Origin: Pseudomonadota bacterium
Lineage (GTDB): Bacteria > Pseudomonadota > Gammaproteobacteria > Burkholderiales > Burkholderiaceae_C
NCBI GenBank assembly: GCA_041179165.1
Contig: JBEGTX010000161.1
Coordinates: forward strand, 16,014 to 80,013
Direction: 5' to 3'
DNA length: 64,000 bases
Shown here piece after piece: positions 18,960 through 28,757 of this stretch (the first letter of the stretch is position 1; the number at the start of each line of letters is the position of its first letter). Made by a program: the position numbers and the translations under genes. The notes below the pieces were generated by a model. The model saw only the letters and a program-made list of their open reading frames with translations. It searched no databases and was not told where the DNA came from.

Positions 18960-19693
18960 GCCACCACGGCAGCGAGTGACGGGCGCGCCTGGTGCACCCG
19001 TCCAAGGCCCAATCGCTCGGCCGATTCGGCAATGCGGGGATGGGTGGCGAGGGCGACCGACCTTGACCAATCGGCGCGCGGCACCAGGGCCTTCAAGTGG
19101 GTCACGGCTTCGGAACTGCTGAAGAACCAGAGGTGTTCGTCGGGGCGCGCCAGCGCGCCATCGAGCAAGCCCTCTTCGGCGCGCGACAGGCGAGGCGCAC
19201 TGCGCTGGTAGGCGGCCACGAAAGACAAGGTGGCCCCGCTTTCGCGAAGGCGCTCGGCCAGCCAGTCGCGCCCGCTTGTGCCTCGCACAATCAGCACCTG
19301 CCGCGCGGCCCACTCTTGCGCCCGCAACACCTGCCACAGGCTCTCGGAGTCGAACTGCGCTGCATCGGCCGCAGGTTCCACGATCTGCGCTTGAGGCACG
19401 CCGTGGTGCAACAGCGTGAGGGTGGTGCCCGGCCCCGGGGAGGCGGCAACCACCCCCTTCGGCCAGAACACGGTGGAGGGCCGCAAGCCGAAAAACTGTG
19501 TGACGGCATTGGGGCTCACGAACACCACCAGCGACTGAGCCGCCAGCGTGGACCAGCTCTCGCGCACCGCGGCGGCGTCAGCCGGGGGTTCGATGCCGAT
19601 CAACGGCAAGGCCTCGGCCTGCAGGCTGGCCGCACGGAGGCTCTCGACCCACTCGCGGGCCTGCAGTTCCGGCCGGGTGACCAGGATTCGCAT
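18935..19693 (-). CDS. hemD: uroporphyrinogen-III synthase
   Basis: About 252 aa ([19 protein letters not shown]...). The position between hemC and hemX supports the call. ATG 19693 is preferred to the TTG at 19708. Confidence 0.85.
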   Translation of the reverse strand: MRILVTRPELQAREWVESLRAASLQAEALPLIGIEPPADAAAVRESWSTLAAQSLVVFVSPNAVTQFFGLRPSTVFWPKGVVAASPGPGTTLTLLHHGVPQAQIVEPAADAAQFDSESLWQVLRAQEWAARQVLIVRGTSGRDWLAERLRESGATLSFVAAYQRSAPRLSRAEEGLLDGALARPDEHLWFFSSSEAVTHLKALVPRADWSRSVALATHPRIAESAERLGLGRVHQARPSLAAVVACIQSIAS

Positions 19694-19704
19694 GGCAGCG
19701 GCGC

Positions 19705-20643
19705 TCAAAGGCCGGGAAGGTAATCGGCGGCGCCAGCGTCACGCAGTTGCGCGGCCGCCCGTTCACCCAGCGCGCGCGCGCCGTCGTCATCGGTCACCGC
19801 GGCATGCACCGCCGCGCGCATCAGCGGGCGCGTGGGTTCTTCTGCATGCCCCAAGGCCACGGCCAGACGCAGCGTGTTGTCTTGCCACACGGCGTGGGCT
19901 GCCAGGGGCATGCTGCAGCTTCCACCCAGCGTGCGCGACACCGCGCGTTCTGCCTGCACAGCGAGCCAGGTGGGGCGGTGCGTCAGGCTGCCCAGGCGTT
20001 CTCGCAATGCGGCCGAATCGGTGCGCACCTCGATGCCGAGTGCACCTTGTCCGGCACAGGGAATCATGTCGTCCGCACCGAACCGGGCGCGGATGCGATC
20101 GGCCAGCCCCAGCCGCATGAGGCCGGCCGCAGCGAGCACGATGGCGTCGTAGTGGCCTTCGTCGAGTTTGCGCAGCCGGGTGTCGAGGTTGCCGCGGAGC
20201 GGCTCGATCTGCAGGTCGGGGCGCACCGAGAGCAGCTGCACCACACGGCGCAGGCTGGAGGTACCGACCTTGGCGCCTTGCGGCAGCGACGCGAGGCTGT
20301 CGTAGCGGGGCGAGACCAGCGCATCGCGCGGGTCCTCGCGCTCCAGCACGGCCGCCAGCTCGAAGCCCGGCGGCAAGTCCATGGGCACGTCTTTCAGCGA
20401 GTGCACGGCCAGGTGGGCCCGGCCTTCTTCGAGGGCAGTCTCGAGTTCCTTGACGAACAAACCCTTGCCGCCCACCTTGGACAGCGTGCGGTCGAGAATC
20501 TGATCGCCGCGCGTGGTCATGCCCAGCAGACCGACGGTCAGGCCGAAGCGTTGCTGCAGAAGATCACGCACGTGTTCGGCCTGCCACAGGGCAAGTCGGC
20601 TTTCGCGGGTGGCAATCAGGAGGGGGGAGGCAGATTCGGACAT
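19705..20643 (-). CDS. hemC: hydroxymethylbilane synthase (porphobilinogen deaminase)
   Basis: [18 protein letters not shown]..., [11 protein letters not shown], and the cofactor-Cys region [16 protein letters not shown] at 20643; the track start TTG at 20649 is also possible. Confidence 0.93.
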   Translation of the reverse strand: MSESASPLLIATRESRLALWQAEHVRDLLQQRFGLTVGLLGMTTRGDQILDRTLSKVGGKGLFVKELETALEEGRAHLAVHSLKDVPMDLPPGFELAAVLEREDPRDALVSPRYDSLASLPQGAKVGTSSLRRVVQLLSVRPDLQIEPLRGNLDTRLRKLDEGHYDAIVLAAAGLMRLGLADRIRARFGADDMIPCAGQGALGIEVRTDSAALRERLGSLTHRPTWLAVQAERAVSRTLGGSCSMPLAAHAVWQDNTLRLAVALGHAEEPTRPLMRAAVHAAVTDDDGARALGERAAAQLRDAGAADYLPGL

Positions 20644-20680
20644 CGGCAAATGCTATCACTGGGCCCCCACGTCCCTTCGG

Positions 20681-20760
20681 TCCTGCCCCCCAAGGGGGCG
20701 CCACCTGGTGGACCGGCAGAGCCGGATCCACGGGTGTTGGGCAATGCGCTTCGCTCTGGA
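20681..20760 (+). repeat. ~80-nt hairpin-forming dispersed repeat, copy A
   Basis: tcctgccccccaagggggcgccacctggtggaccggcagagccggatccacgggtgttgggcaatgcgcttcgctctgga. It contains GTGGACCGGC-aga-GCCGG(a)TCCAC and the short palindromes CCCCCAAGGGGG and CCACCTGGTGG. Confidence 0.85.
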
Positions 20761-20802
20761 TTTTCATCGCCTGCGACCCGCTGTTTTCTTCGGCTCAAGC
20801 AT

Positions 20803-20873
20803 CCAAGGGGGCGCCACCTGGTGAACCGGCAGAGCCGGATCCACGGGTGTTGGGCAATGCGCTTCGCTCTAGA
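20803..20873 (+). repeat. dispersed repeat, copy B (direct tandem partner of A, 113-bp period)
   Basis: Differs from the copy A core at two positions over ~70 nt (g->a in the left stem arm and g->a near the 3' end). It lacks the first ~9 nt of copy A. Confidence 0.85.
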
Positions 20874-20985
20874 ACCGAGCCTCGTGCGATCTGCGACGCC
20901 TGCTGCTACCCTTGCATGGGCTCGCTTTGTGCTCCGCTTGTACTTGACCTGCCTTCCCCTTCCTTCAGCCGTTTTGAGGTTGTCC

Positions 20986-23769
20986 ATGCCCCGCTCACCC
21001 GCCCAGCCCGACGCAACCGACAAGAACCGGCCCCTGGTGGAAGACATCCGCCTGCTGGGCCGAATCCTCGGCGAGGTGATCCGCGAGCAAGAGGGAAAGG
21101 CGGCCTTCGAACTGGTCGAGCAGGTGCGGCAGCTGTCGGTCGCCTACCGGCTCAAGAGCGACACTCAGGCCGGGCGTGCGCTCGACCGGCTGCTCAAGAA
21201 CCTGAGCGGCGAGCAGACGGTGAGCGTGATCCGCGCCTTCAGCTATTTCTCGCACCTGGCCAACATCGCCGAAGACCGCCAGCATGTGCGCCGGCGTGAA
21301 CACCACGAACACCAAGGCCATCTGCAGGAGGGGTCGCTGGCCATGAGCTTCGAGCGCTTGGCGCAGGCCGACATCCGTGCGGCCGACATCGCGCAGCAGC
21401 TGCGCCATGCCTACATCTCGCCCGTGCTCACGGCCCATCCCACCGAAGTGCAGCGCAAGAGCATCCTCGATGCCGAACGTGCCATCGCGGAGTTGGTCGG
21501 CCAGCGCGACTCGCTGAGCTCGGCCCGCGAGAAGGCACAGAACGAAACGCTGCTGCGCGCCCGCGTGACGCAGCTCTGGCAAACCCGCATGCTCCGCTAC
21601 AGCAAGCTCACGGTCGCCGATGAAATCGAGAACGCCCTCAGCTACTACCAGTCCACATTCCTGAGGCAGATCCCCAAGCTCTATGGCGAGATCGAAGAGG
21701 CCTTGCCGGGACACGAGATCGCGCCGTTCTTCCGCATGGGCAACTGGATCGGCGGCGACCGCGATGGCAATCCGAACGTCAGCGCCGAGACCTTGCGCAT
21801 GGCCTTGCGACGCCAGAGCGAAACCGCGCTGCGCTTCTACCTGACCGAGGTGCACGAGCTGGGCGCCGAGCTGTCGATCTCGGCCCTGTTGTCGCCCATC
21901 TCACCCGGTCTCAAGGCCTTGGCCGACCGCTCCCCCGACCACAACGCTCACCGAGAAGACGAACCCTACCGGCGCGCGCTGATCGGCGTTTATGCGCGGC
22001 TGGCCGCCACCTTGCACGAGCTCACCGGCACGGAGGCCCTGCGGCATGCCGTGGCCCCGCAAGACCCTTACGCACGCAGCGAAGAATTCTTGGCCGACCT
22101 GAAGGAAGTCGAGTTGTCGCTGCGGGCCAACCACGGCCAGGCACTGATCTCGCCGCGCCTGCACCCGCTGATCCGCGCGGTGCAGGTGTTCGGCTTTCAC
22201 CTGGCCACCGTCGACCTGCGGCAAAGCTCCGACAAACACGAGGCCGTGGTGGCCGAGCTGTTGAAGGTGGCGCGCATCGAGCCCGACTACAGCCAACTCG
22301 ACGAAGCGGCGCGCCGCACCCTGCTCGTGCGCCTGTTGAACGAGACCCGCCCACTTCGGGTGCACGCCGCCGCCTACAGCGAGCACACCGTGAGCGAACT
22401 CGCCATCTTCGAGGCCGCGGTGCAGATGCTCGCGCGCTACGGCCGCGAGTCATTGCGCCACTACATCATCTCGCACACCGAAGACGTGAGCGACCTGCTG
22501 GAAGTGCTGCTGCTGCAAAAGGAAGTGGGTCTGATGCGGGGCACGCTCGACGACGGCGCCACGGCCGACCTGATCGTGTCGCCCTTGTTCGAGACCATCG
22601 GCGATCTGCGCCAGGCCGCGCCCATCATGCGCGCCTACTACGCGCTGCCTGGCATCACGGCGCTCATCAAGCGCTCGGGCAATGAGCAAGACATCATGCT
22701 CGGCTACAGCGACAGCAACAAGGACGGCGGCTTCTTCACGAGCAACTGGGAGCTCTACGGCGCGGAGATCGCGCTCGTGAGCATGTTCGACGAACTGCGG
22801 GCGAAGCACGGCACCACGCTGCGGCTCTTTCACGGGCGCGGCGGCACGGTGGGCCGAGGCGGCGGCCCGAGCTACCAGGCCATCCTGGCACAGCCCCCGG
22901 GCACCGTGAACGGCCAGATCCGTCTGACCGAACAGGGCGAGGTCATCGCCTCCAAATACGCCCACCCTGAAATCGGTCGGCGCAATCTGGAGACGCTGGT
23001 GGCCGCCACACTCGAGGCCTCGCTGCTGCACCCGACCAAGAGTGCGCCCAAGGCGTTTCTCGATGCCGCAGCAGCGCTGAGCGAGGCCAGCATGGCCGCC
23101 TACCGCAAGCTGGTCTACGAGACCGAGGGCTTCACCGACTACTTTTTTTCTACCACGCCAATCCGCGAGATCGCCGAACTCAACATCGGCTCGCGGCCTG
23201 CGTCGCGCAAGTCGACCCGTGCCATCGAAGACCTGCGCGCGATCCCCTGGAGCTTCAGCTGGGGCCAGTGCCGTGTGGCCCTGCCCGGCTGGTGCGGTTT
23301 CGGCTCTGCGGTAGAGGCCTACCTCGGGGCCGAACCGGCAGAGCGCAAGACACGCCTGCTGCTGTTGCAGCGCATGCACAAGCAGTGGCCGTTCTTCCGC
23401 ACGCTGCTGTCCAACCTCGACATGGTGCTGGCCAAGAGCGACCTGGCCATCGCCGCGCGCTATGTGGAACTGGTCGAGGACAAGAAGCTGGGCAAGCGCA
23501 TCTTCGGCGCCATCCGCGATGAATGGCAGGCCAGCTCCGACTGCCTCTCGCTCATCACCGGAGACACCAAGCGCCTGGCGTCCAACCCCACGCTGGCGCG
23601 CTCCATCGAGTACCGCTTTCCGTACCTCGACCCACTGAACCACCTGCAGGTGGAACTGATGCGGCGCTACCGCCAGGCCTCGGATGCCGATCCGGTCAAC
23701 GAGCGGGTGCAGCGCGGCATCCACATCTCCATCAACGGCATTGCGGCCGGCTTGCGGAACACCGGCTGA
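20986..23769 (+). CDS. ppc: phosphoenolpyruvate carboxylase
   Basis: 927 aa from ATG 20986 (GAGG at 20976-20979). Carries [37 protein letters not shown] and the canonical C-terminus [12 protein letters not shown]. The upstream 413 codons of the 1340-aa track ORF are antisense to hemC. Confidence 0.96.
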   Translation: MPRSPAQPDATDKNRPLVEDIRLLGRILGEVIREQEGKAAFELVEQVRQLSVAYRLKSDTQAGRALDRLLKNLSGEQTVSVIRAFSYFSHLANIAEDRQHVRRREHHEHQGHLQEGSLAMSFERLAQADIRAADIAQQLRHAYISPVLTAHPTEVQRKSILDAERAIAELVGQRDSLSSAREKAQNETLLRARVTQLWQTRMLRYSKLTVADEIENALSYYQSTFLRQIPKLYGEIEEALPGHEIAPFFRMGNWIGGDRDGNPNVSAETLRMALRRQSETALRFYLTEVHELGAELSISALLSPISPGLKALADRSPDHNAHREDEPYRRALIGVYARLAATLHELTGTEALRHAVAPQDPYARSEEFLADLKEVELSLRANHGQALISPRLHPLIRAVQVFGFHLATVDLRQSSDKHEAVVAELLKVARIEPDYSQLDEAARRTLLVRLLNETRPLRVHAAAYSEHTVSELAIFEAAVQMLARYGRESLRHYIISHTEDVSDLLEVLLLQKEVGLMRGTLDDGATADLIVSPLFETIGDLRQAAPIMRAYYALPGITALIKRSGNEQDIMLGYSDSNKDGGFFTSNWELYGAEIALVSMFDELRAKHGTTLRLFHGRGGTVGRGGGPSYQAILAQPPGTVNGQIRLTEQGEVIASKYAHPEIGRRNLETLVAATLEASLLHPTKSAPKAFLDAAAALSEASMAAYRKLVYETEGFTDYFFSTTPIREIAELNIGSRPASRKSTRAIEDLRAIPWSFSWGQCRVALPGWCGFGSAVEAYLGAEPAERKTRLLLLQRMHKQWPFFRTLLSNLDMVLAKSDLAIAARYVELVEDKKLGKRIFGAIRDEWQASSDCLSLITGDTKRLASNPTLARSIEYRFPYLDPLNHLQVELMRRYRQASDADPVNERVQRGIHISINGIAAGLRNTG

Positions 23770-23812
23770 GGGACGGCGGAAGCTCGCTCCGCCTTTGGGC
23801 ACCCGTTGTTCG

Positions 23813-23839
23813 GGAGAGGCCTGCCGCGAAAGCCTCTCC
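23813..23839 (+). terminator. stem-loop downstream of ppc (weak terminator candidate, no U-tract)
   Basis: ggagaggc / gcctctcc 8-bp stem with an 11-nt loop, 44 nt after the ppc stop. Confidence 0.3.
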
Positions 23840-24155
23840 TGTAGGCGGCCGCCCGCCGAAACGGTGTACCTCGATATACCGCTACCCTGGCCGCAATCGA
23901 GGGTTTTCCCGGGGGATTTTGGGTGCCGTTCAGCCAAACATGTAACGTGATGTATTTCTCGCAATATTGAACGGTGATGCACAAACCACCTCTTTTCCAG
24001 TAGAAACCCGGCCGTCCGGTAGCGTCTCGATACAAGGTAGCCCTCCAATCCGCCTTGAAACTGCACCTGCGCTCAGTTAGAGGCGCAGCAGACGTCCAGA
24101 ACCCGCTAGGGCGGACAGGCTGCAAGACACAACACACTGTCGATTGGAGTACCCC

Positions 24156-25055
24156 ATGAACAACATCGCCCGCCACCTTCTTCGCGCCAGCCTGGCGCTG
24201 GTCGTGACCTCGGTCACCTCGATGGCCTTTGCCCAGACTGCATTCACGGCCACCTACAAGGGCGGCAGCACGGCTTCGTGCGGCACGACCTACAAGATCG
24301 CTGGCGCAGAACCTGCCGCAGCCGGCAAGTACCCGGTGTACGTGCACATCGGTGGCACGGGCGAAACCTACAACGGCAACTGGGCCATGGCCGCGGTCAA
24401 CAAAATGGCCGCCAAGGGCTTCGTGGCCGCCTCCGTCGAATACGACAACGCCTCGTTCGGCAGCTGCACCACCATCAGCACCCGCGCCAAGTGCGTCTTC
24501 GACGCCGCCAAAGCGACCAGCGCCGTGCAGACCCTGTGTTCACGCGCCAAGGCCGATTGCACCAAAGGCATCGTGACCGGCGGCCTGAGCCAAGGCTCGA
24601 TCATCTCCGTGCTGTCGAAGAACTTCGACAGCCGCATTCGCGCCTCGATGGGCCAGGGCACCGGCTCCACCTACACCGCCGCCTACAACCTGAGCTCGTG
24701 CATGGCCGATGGCAAGCACACCCAACCGGGCAACCGCATCCGCATCATCAACGGTGAAGAAGACATGTTCGTCGGCGGCACGCTGTACTCGGCCTCTGCT
24801 TCAGGCAAGCTGGTGACGGGCTTCTCTTGCGCATACGGCACGGCATCGTGCTTGCAAGCCAACGGCTCGGGCTGGATCGTCGTTCGCAACACGCAGGTCT
24901 CCGACCTGTCGGCCGACCACTGCTTCATGGGCTACGGCGGTGTCGTCGGCGTGCAGTGCTCCGGCCAGCTGGTCGACCCGATCTACCAAAGCGGTTCGGC
25001 CAACTGGGCCTTGAACGCCACCACCGACTGGCTCAAGACCTTCGTGACGCCATGA
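24156..25055 (+). CDS. secreted Cys-rich alpha/beta-hydrolase-fold esterase-like protein (paralogue 1)
   Basis: 299 aa with signal peptide MNNIARHLLRASLALVVTSVTSMAFA/Q and nucleophile elbow G-L-S-Q-G (TGGLSQGS). Candidate Asp is in INGEEDMF and candidate His in SADHCF, giving the Ser-Asp-His order. Ten Cys are conserved with paralogue 2. GGAG Shine-Dalgarno at 24146-24149. Confidence 0.7.
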   Translation: MNNIARHLLRASLALVVTSVTSMAFAQTAFTATYKGGSTASCGTTYKIAGAEPAAAGKYPVYVHIGGTGETYNGNWAMAAVNKMAAKGFVAASVEYDNASFGSCTTISTRAKCVFDAAKATSAVQTLCSRAKADCTKGIVTGGLSQGSIISVLSKNFDSRIRASMGQGTGSTYTAAYNLSSCMADGKHTQPGNRIRIINGEEDMFVGGTLYSASASGKLVTGFSCAYGTASCLQANGSGWIVVRNTQVSDLSADHCFMGYGGVVGVQCSGQLVDPIYQSGSANWALNATTDWLKTFVTP

Positions 25056-25117
25056 GCGGTCTGCTCGGCTGAGGGCGCATCGCCCCCTGCCTGTTGAGTT
25101 CTCGCCCCCACCCACCG

Positions 25118-25143
25118 CCCCACCGACCTCACGGTCCGTGGGG
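25118..25143 (+). terminator. stem-loop between the two esterase paralogues
   Basis: ccccaccgacc-tcac-ggtccgtgggg (one mismatch) followed by tggtttcagtt. Confidence 0.4.
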
Positions 25144-25372
25144 TGGTTTCAGTTGAAACGCCGGCAAACCGCCGTCAAAGCACAGCAGAGGGACTCAGAG
25201 AACCCGGGCAAACCCCCGCGGTTCGCAGCATCTCGGTACAAGTCCACAGATTCGCGAACAGGGAAACTTCATCCGCGTCCGCACAGAGACGTCTGCGTTT
25301 GCCACGTGCCGCCTCGATGCGTCATGGGCAACAAAAAAATCACGTGCCCTCACCCGGCCCATTGGAGACATC

Positions 25373-26272
25373 TTGAACAAGTTCACCCGCCACATCGTGC
25401 GCGCCAGCCTCGCGCTGGTCGTCACTTCGGTCACCTCGCTGGCCATCGCTCAAACGTCGTTCTCCACCACCTACAAAGGCGGCAGCTCCTCGACGTGCCG
25501 CACCACGTACAAGATCGCCGGCGTAGAGCCCACCGCCACGGGCAAGTACCCGGTGTACGTGCACATCGGCGGCACGGGTGAAAACTACAACAGCAATTGG
25601 GCCATGGCTGCCGTGAACAACATGGCCTCCAAAGGCTTTGTGGCTGCCTCGATCGAATACGACAACGGCTCCTTCGGCAGCTGCTCGGCCATCGGCACCC
25701 GCGCCAAGTGCATCTTCAATGCCGCCAAAGCCACCAGCGCCGTGCAAACCTTGTGCGCCCGCGCCAAGGCTGATTGCACCAAGGGTGTCGTGACCGGCGG
25801 CCTGAGCCAAGGTTCGATCATCTCCGTGCTGTCCAAGAACTACGACAGCCGCATCCGCGCCTCCATGGGCCAAGGTTCCGGCACCACGTACACCATTGCG
25901 TACAACCTCGCCTCGTGCATGAACAACGGCCGCCACACGCAGCCGGGCAACCGCATCCGCATCATCAACGGTGAAGAAGACATGTTCGTGGGCGGCTCGC
26001 TGTCCACGGCGGCTGCGTCTGGCAAGGCCGTCACCGGCTTCTCCTGCCCCACGGGCACGGCCAGCTGCCTGCAACCGAACGGCTCCGGCTGGATCGTGGT
26101 GCGCAACTCCCAGGTGAATGACCGCTTTGCTGACCATTGCTTCATGGGCGACGGCGGCAGTGCCAACAACCAGTGCGGTGGCATGCAGGTCGATCCGATC
26201 TATCAGAACAGTTCTGAGAACTGGGCCCTGAACGCCACGACCGACTGGCTCAAGAGCTTTGTCACGCCATAA
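25373..26272 (+). CDS. secreted Cys-rich alpha/beta-hydrolase-fold esterase-like protein (paralogue 2)
   Basis: 299 aa, collinear with paralogue 1 and about four-fifths identical by eye. Same GLSQGS, GEEDMF and ADHCF motifs. It appears to start at TTG 25373, after the same ATTGGAG Shine-Dalgarno context as paralogue 1. Confidence 0.7.
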   Translation: MNKFTRHIVRASLALVVTSVTSLAIAQTSFSTTYKGGSSSTCRTTYKIAGVEPTATGKYPVYVHIGGTGENYNSNWAMAAVNNMASKGFVAASIEYDNGSFGSCSAIGTRAKCIFNAAKATSAVQTLCARAKADCTKGVVTGGLSQGSIISVLSKNYDSRIRASMGQGSGTTYTIAYNLASCMNNGRHTQPGNRIRIINGEEDMFVGGSLSTAAASGKAVTGFSCPTGTASCLQPNGSGWIVVRNSQVNDRFADHCFMGDGGSANNQCGGMQVDPIYQNSSENWALNATTDWLKSFVTP

Positions 26273-26326
26273 AGATCTTCGGTGGGTGGCCTGAGCCGCC
26301 CACTGCAGCATCATCAAGCCTGCGCT

Positions 26327-26360
26327 CTGCCGGAACATCGCCGGCAGGGCGTTTTTTTTT
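26327..26360 (+). terminator. rho-independent terminator
   Basis: ctgccgg-aacatcg-ccggcag stem-loop followed by ggcg and a run of nine T (26352-26360), 55 nt after the paralogue-2 stop. Confidence 0.8.
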
Positions 26361-26502
26361 CTGTCCTGCAGCTGCTCGGCCAGCGGCTCTCACAGACACC
26401 GGGTCACCCTCAACCGTTTGTGAGCGACTGCACAGATAAAAGAGCGGGTTGTCCGCGATGACAAACTCGGTCATTTGGCGCAATCTATCGGCAGGAGTTG
26501 TC

Positions 26503-27147
26503 ATGCGCGGAATCATCCATATCTCCAAAAAATCGTCGTCTTCACACAAGCTGATTGCACTGTGTGTGGCGGCCCCGCTGGCCCTGTTCGTGTGGCGGCA
26601 ATTGCTGACCACCGACAACCCCACGCCCCGTCTTGAGTCCTCGCAGGCGGCCACCTCGCCCTCGCCTGCTGCTGATCTGTTTTTCTCCAAGGCCGGCACT
26701 CCGACAGTGGGCTCCGTCGGGCCGGGCGTGGGCACTCGCGCTGGCACCACCAGACCGCCCGCGAGCCCAGCCGATGCGCCAACGACCGACACATCCGACG
26801 ACTTCGCCACCCGCAATGCCGGCATCGAGGTGAACCGGCTCACGCTGTCGCGGCCCGTCTCGGCCCGCAGCTTCCTGAATGAAGTCGTGCTCACCCCCAG
26901 CCCGAAAGGCGGCTTCGTGGTGACCGAGGTCTTGCCCGACAGCAGCTATGAGCGCATGGGTGTGCGGCCTGGCGACGTGATCTATTCGCTCGACAGTCCC
27001 ACCATGAAACCCGTCGACGAAAGCTCGATGGTGGCGCTCATCGGACAATCGGAGCTCGAGCTCGAGGTCTATCGAAATGGCTTGGCCACCCGATTGCACC
27101 TCAACCTCGCCAGCCCGCCGGAGGAAGCCCGTGCCGACGATCGTTGA
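26503..27147 (+). CDS. membrane-anchored PDZ-domain protein (GspC-like architecture)
   Basis: ATG 26503 with AGGAG at 26492-26496. It has a TM helix (LIALCVAAPLALFVW), a Pro/Ala/Thr-rich linker and a C-terminal PDZ-like segment (GGFVVTEVLPDSSYERMGVRPGDVIYSLD...LELEVYRNG). Confidence 0.6.
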   Translation: MRGIIHISKKSSSSHKLIALCVAAPLALFVWRQLLTTDNPTPRLESSQAATSPSPAADLFFSKAGTPTVGSVGPGVGTRAGTTRPPASPADAPTTDTSDDFATRNAGIEVNRLTLSRPVSARSFLNEVVLTPSPKGGFVVTEVLPDSSYERMGVRPGDVIYSLDSPTMKPVDESSMVALIGQSELELEVYRNGLATRLHLNLASPPEEARADDR

Positions 27148-27946
27148 AGAGAGCCCGGTGACCGAGTCGGCCCTGAAGCCCCTCAACGAATCGCGGGTCT
27201 ACGTGCTGACGCGGGGTTACCTGTTCAACAGCAACGGCCACGATCTCTCCGCGCAAACTGCCCGTTTCACGGCCACCGTGCTGCTGGCCACAACCCCCCG
27301 CGACTTCGAGATCGACGTGAATGGCACTTGCCATCAGGCGGGCGTCGCCTTGCTCCAGCCGTATGTGTCCAAGCGCCTGTTTGCCAAGGGCACGCCCTTC
27401 GTGAGCCTGGGCGTGAGCCCGACCCACGCCAAGTACCGCGCGTTTCTGAAGCTCGGCGACAACGGCTGGTGCATCAAGTCGCGCAATGAACTCCGTGCGC
27501 TGACAGAGCCACTTCAAGCGGCCCGGCAGGAACTTTCGCTCAAGCAATGCGCCCGCCTGTTCGAGCAATGTGTCGATGCAGTGGTGGCCACACTTCCTGA
27601 GGTCGAGCCCACCGACCCCCGCATCCTCCAAGTGCTGGAGTTGCTGGCCAAAGACCACGCCACGCCGTTCCAGACCCTGGCAGAGGTGGCCTGCCTGTCG
27701 TACTCGCGCCTGTCGCACCTGTTCTCCGAGCAGATGGGCGTCTCGCTGCGCAAGCACCTGCTGTCCTTGAAAATCGATGCGACCAGTCACGCACTGGTGG
27801 CCGGCGCCAGCCTCACCGATGCCGCACATGCGGGCGGTTTCTGCGACTCGGCGCACCTTTCTAAAGTGTGGGTGAAAGCCTTTGGGGCGCCACCGACCTA
27901 CTTCATGAAACTGGGCGCGTTCGCGCCGCCATCGCTCGACGCTTGA
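27131..27946 (+). CDS. AraC-family transcriptional regulator
   Basis: C-terminal double HTH (LAEVACLSYSRLSHLFSEQMGVSLRKHLLSLKI...LTDAAHAGGFCDSAHLSKVWVKAFGAPPTYF). GTG 27131 is preceded by GGAGGAAG (27120-27127). It overlaps the PDZ gene by 17 nt. Confidence 0.8.
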   Translation: MPTIVEESPVTESALKPLNESRVYVLTRGYLFNSNGHDLSAQTARFTATVLLATTPRDFEIDVNGTCHQAGVALLQPYVSKRLFAKGTPFVSLGVSPTHAKYRAFLKLGDNGWCIKSRNELRALTEPLQAARQELSLKQCARLFEQCVDAVVATLPEVEPTDPRILQVLELLAKDHATPFQTLAEVACLSYSRLSHLFSEQMGVSLRKHLLSLKIDATSHALVAGASLTDAAHAGGFCDSAHLSKVWVKAFGAPPTYFMKLGAFAPPSLDA

Positions 27947-27947
27947 G

Positions 27948-28757
27948 TCAGCCGGCCTGCGCCCGCTGCAACAGCTGTGCCACCACACTCACGGCAATCA
28001 CCTCGGGCGATTTATCTTGAATGCCAGGCAGGCCGATCGGGCAGGTCATGCGATCGATCGCGGCATCGGAGATGCCGAGTTGCTCGAAGCGATGAATGAA
28101 ACGCTGCCGCTTGGTTCGCGAGCCGATGAGCCCTAGAAAGCCGAAGTCGTTGCGGCGAAGAATGGCTTCGGTGATGCGCAGGTCGAGGTCGTGGCGGTGC
28201 GTGAGGACGAGGTAGAACGCCGCGGGTGCCGCGTGACGAACTTCGGCCTCCACGCCCTCACCCGAATGCCGCCGGATGTGGGCGGGCCATGGGGCGCCAT
28301 CGAGCGTGGCCGGGAACTCGTCTTCGCGCTCATCGATCCAGTCGACCTCGACCGGCAGCGTGCTCAACACGCGCGCCAATGCGCGGCCGACGTGCCCCGC
28401 CCCGAACAGCTGCAAGGCGAACAGGAACTGCCGATGGGGCCAATCGGCCAGGTGCTGCGGACCGAGGCGCTCGAAGCGCAGCGTCACCGCGCCACCACAG
28501 CACTGGCCCAGCGCGGGGCCGAGGGGCAAGTGCAACGACTGCACGGCCCGTTCATCGCGGGCCAGCAGTTCGCGGCACAGCGTGATGGCCTTGAGCTCCA
28601 GGTGCCCACCGCCGATGGTTCCGCACGCGGCATCGCGCGAGACGAGCATGCGGGTGCCGCAGCCGCGCGGCACGGAGCCCTGGGCCTGCGTCACCTCCAC
28701 CAGCACGGCCGCCTCGCCTGAAGCCAGCCATTGACTCGCGGTGCGCTCAAGGTTCAT
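27948..28757 (-). CDS. xdhC: xanthine dehydrogenase accessory protein XdhC
   Basis: 269 aa from ATG 28757 (MNLERTASQWLASGEAAVLVEVTQAQGSVPRGCGTRMLV...). ATGA overlap with the xdhB stop. The N-terminal extension in the track is rejected. Confidence 0.88.
   Translation of the reverse strand: MNLERTASQWLASGEAAVLVEVTQAQGSVPRGCGTRMLVSRDAACGTIGGGHLELKAITLCRELLARDERAVQSLHLPLGPALGQCCGGAVTLRFERLGPQHLADWPHRQFLFALQLFGAGHVGRALARVLSTLPVEVDWIDEREDEFPATLDGAPWPAHIRRHSGEGVEAEVRHAAPAAFYLVLTHRHDLDLRITEAILRRNDFGFLGLIGSRTKRQRFIHRFEQLGISDAAIDRMTCPIGLPGIQDKSPEVIAVSVVAQLLQRAQAG

Noticed and set aside
17826-19337. Long N-terminal extensions of hemX (503 aa); ccmH (279 aa), xdhB (997 aa), xdhC (369 aa), rfbC (252 aa) and the priming transferase (527 aa) show the same pattern
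   Set aside because: The extensions overlap the preceding well-supported gene or non-coding repeats, and they are Arg/Pro/Gly-rich. Internal starts give canonical N-termini, often with ATGA/GTGA coupling to the upstream stop.
20681-20873. Possible CRISPR array (repeated ~70-80-nt units)
   Set aside because: There are only two copies per locus, the units are far longer than CRISPR repeats, the periods differ between loci (113 and 201 bp), there are no cas genes, and copies occur in both orientations. These features fit a REP/MITE-like family better.
19747-20985. N-terminal 413 codons of the 1340-aa plus-strand ORF that ends as ppc
   Set aside because: This part is antisense to hemC, is Arg/Ala/Gly-rich with no recognisable domain, and crosses the intergenic repeats. 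PEP carboxylase homology begins at ATG 20986, which has its own GAGG ribosome-binding site.
22450-24066. 538-aa minus-strand ORF
   Set aside because: Antisense to the 3' half of ppc. It extends into non-coding DNA and has no recognisable features.
24109-24124. Sigma-54-like GG-N10-GC element (gGGCGGAcaggcTGCAa) upstream of esterase paralogue 1
   Set aside because: Several mismatches in both the -24 and -12 boxes, and no counterpart upstream of paralogue 2. In GC-rich DNA, GG-N10-GC alone occurs frequently by chance.
24156-26272. Identification of the tandem hydrolases as PETase/cutinase or PHB-depolymerase homologues
   Set aside because: Apart from a generic G-x-S-x-G elbow, I could not align their sequences with the PETase/cutinase sequence or the esterase-PHB motif (GLSAGG) that I remember. 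The claim would need an HMM or structure search.
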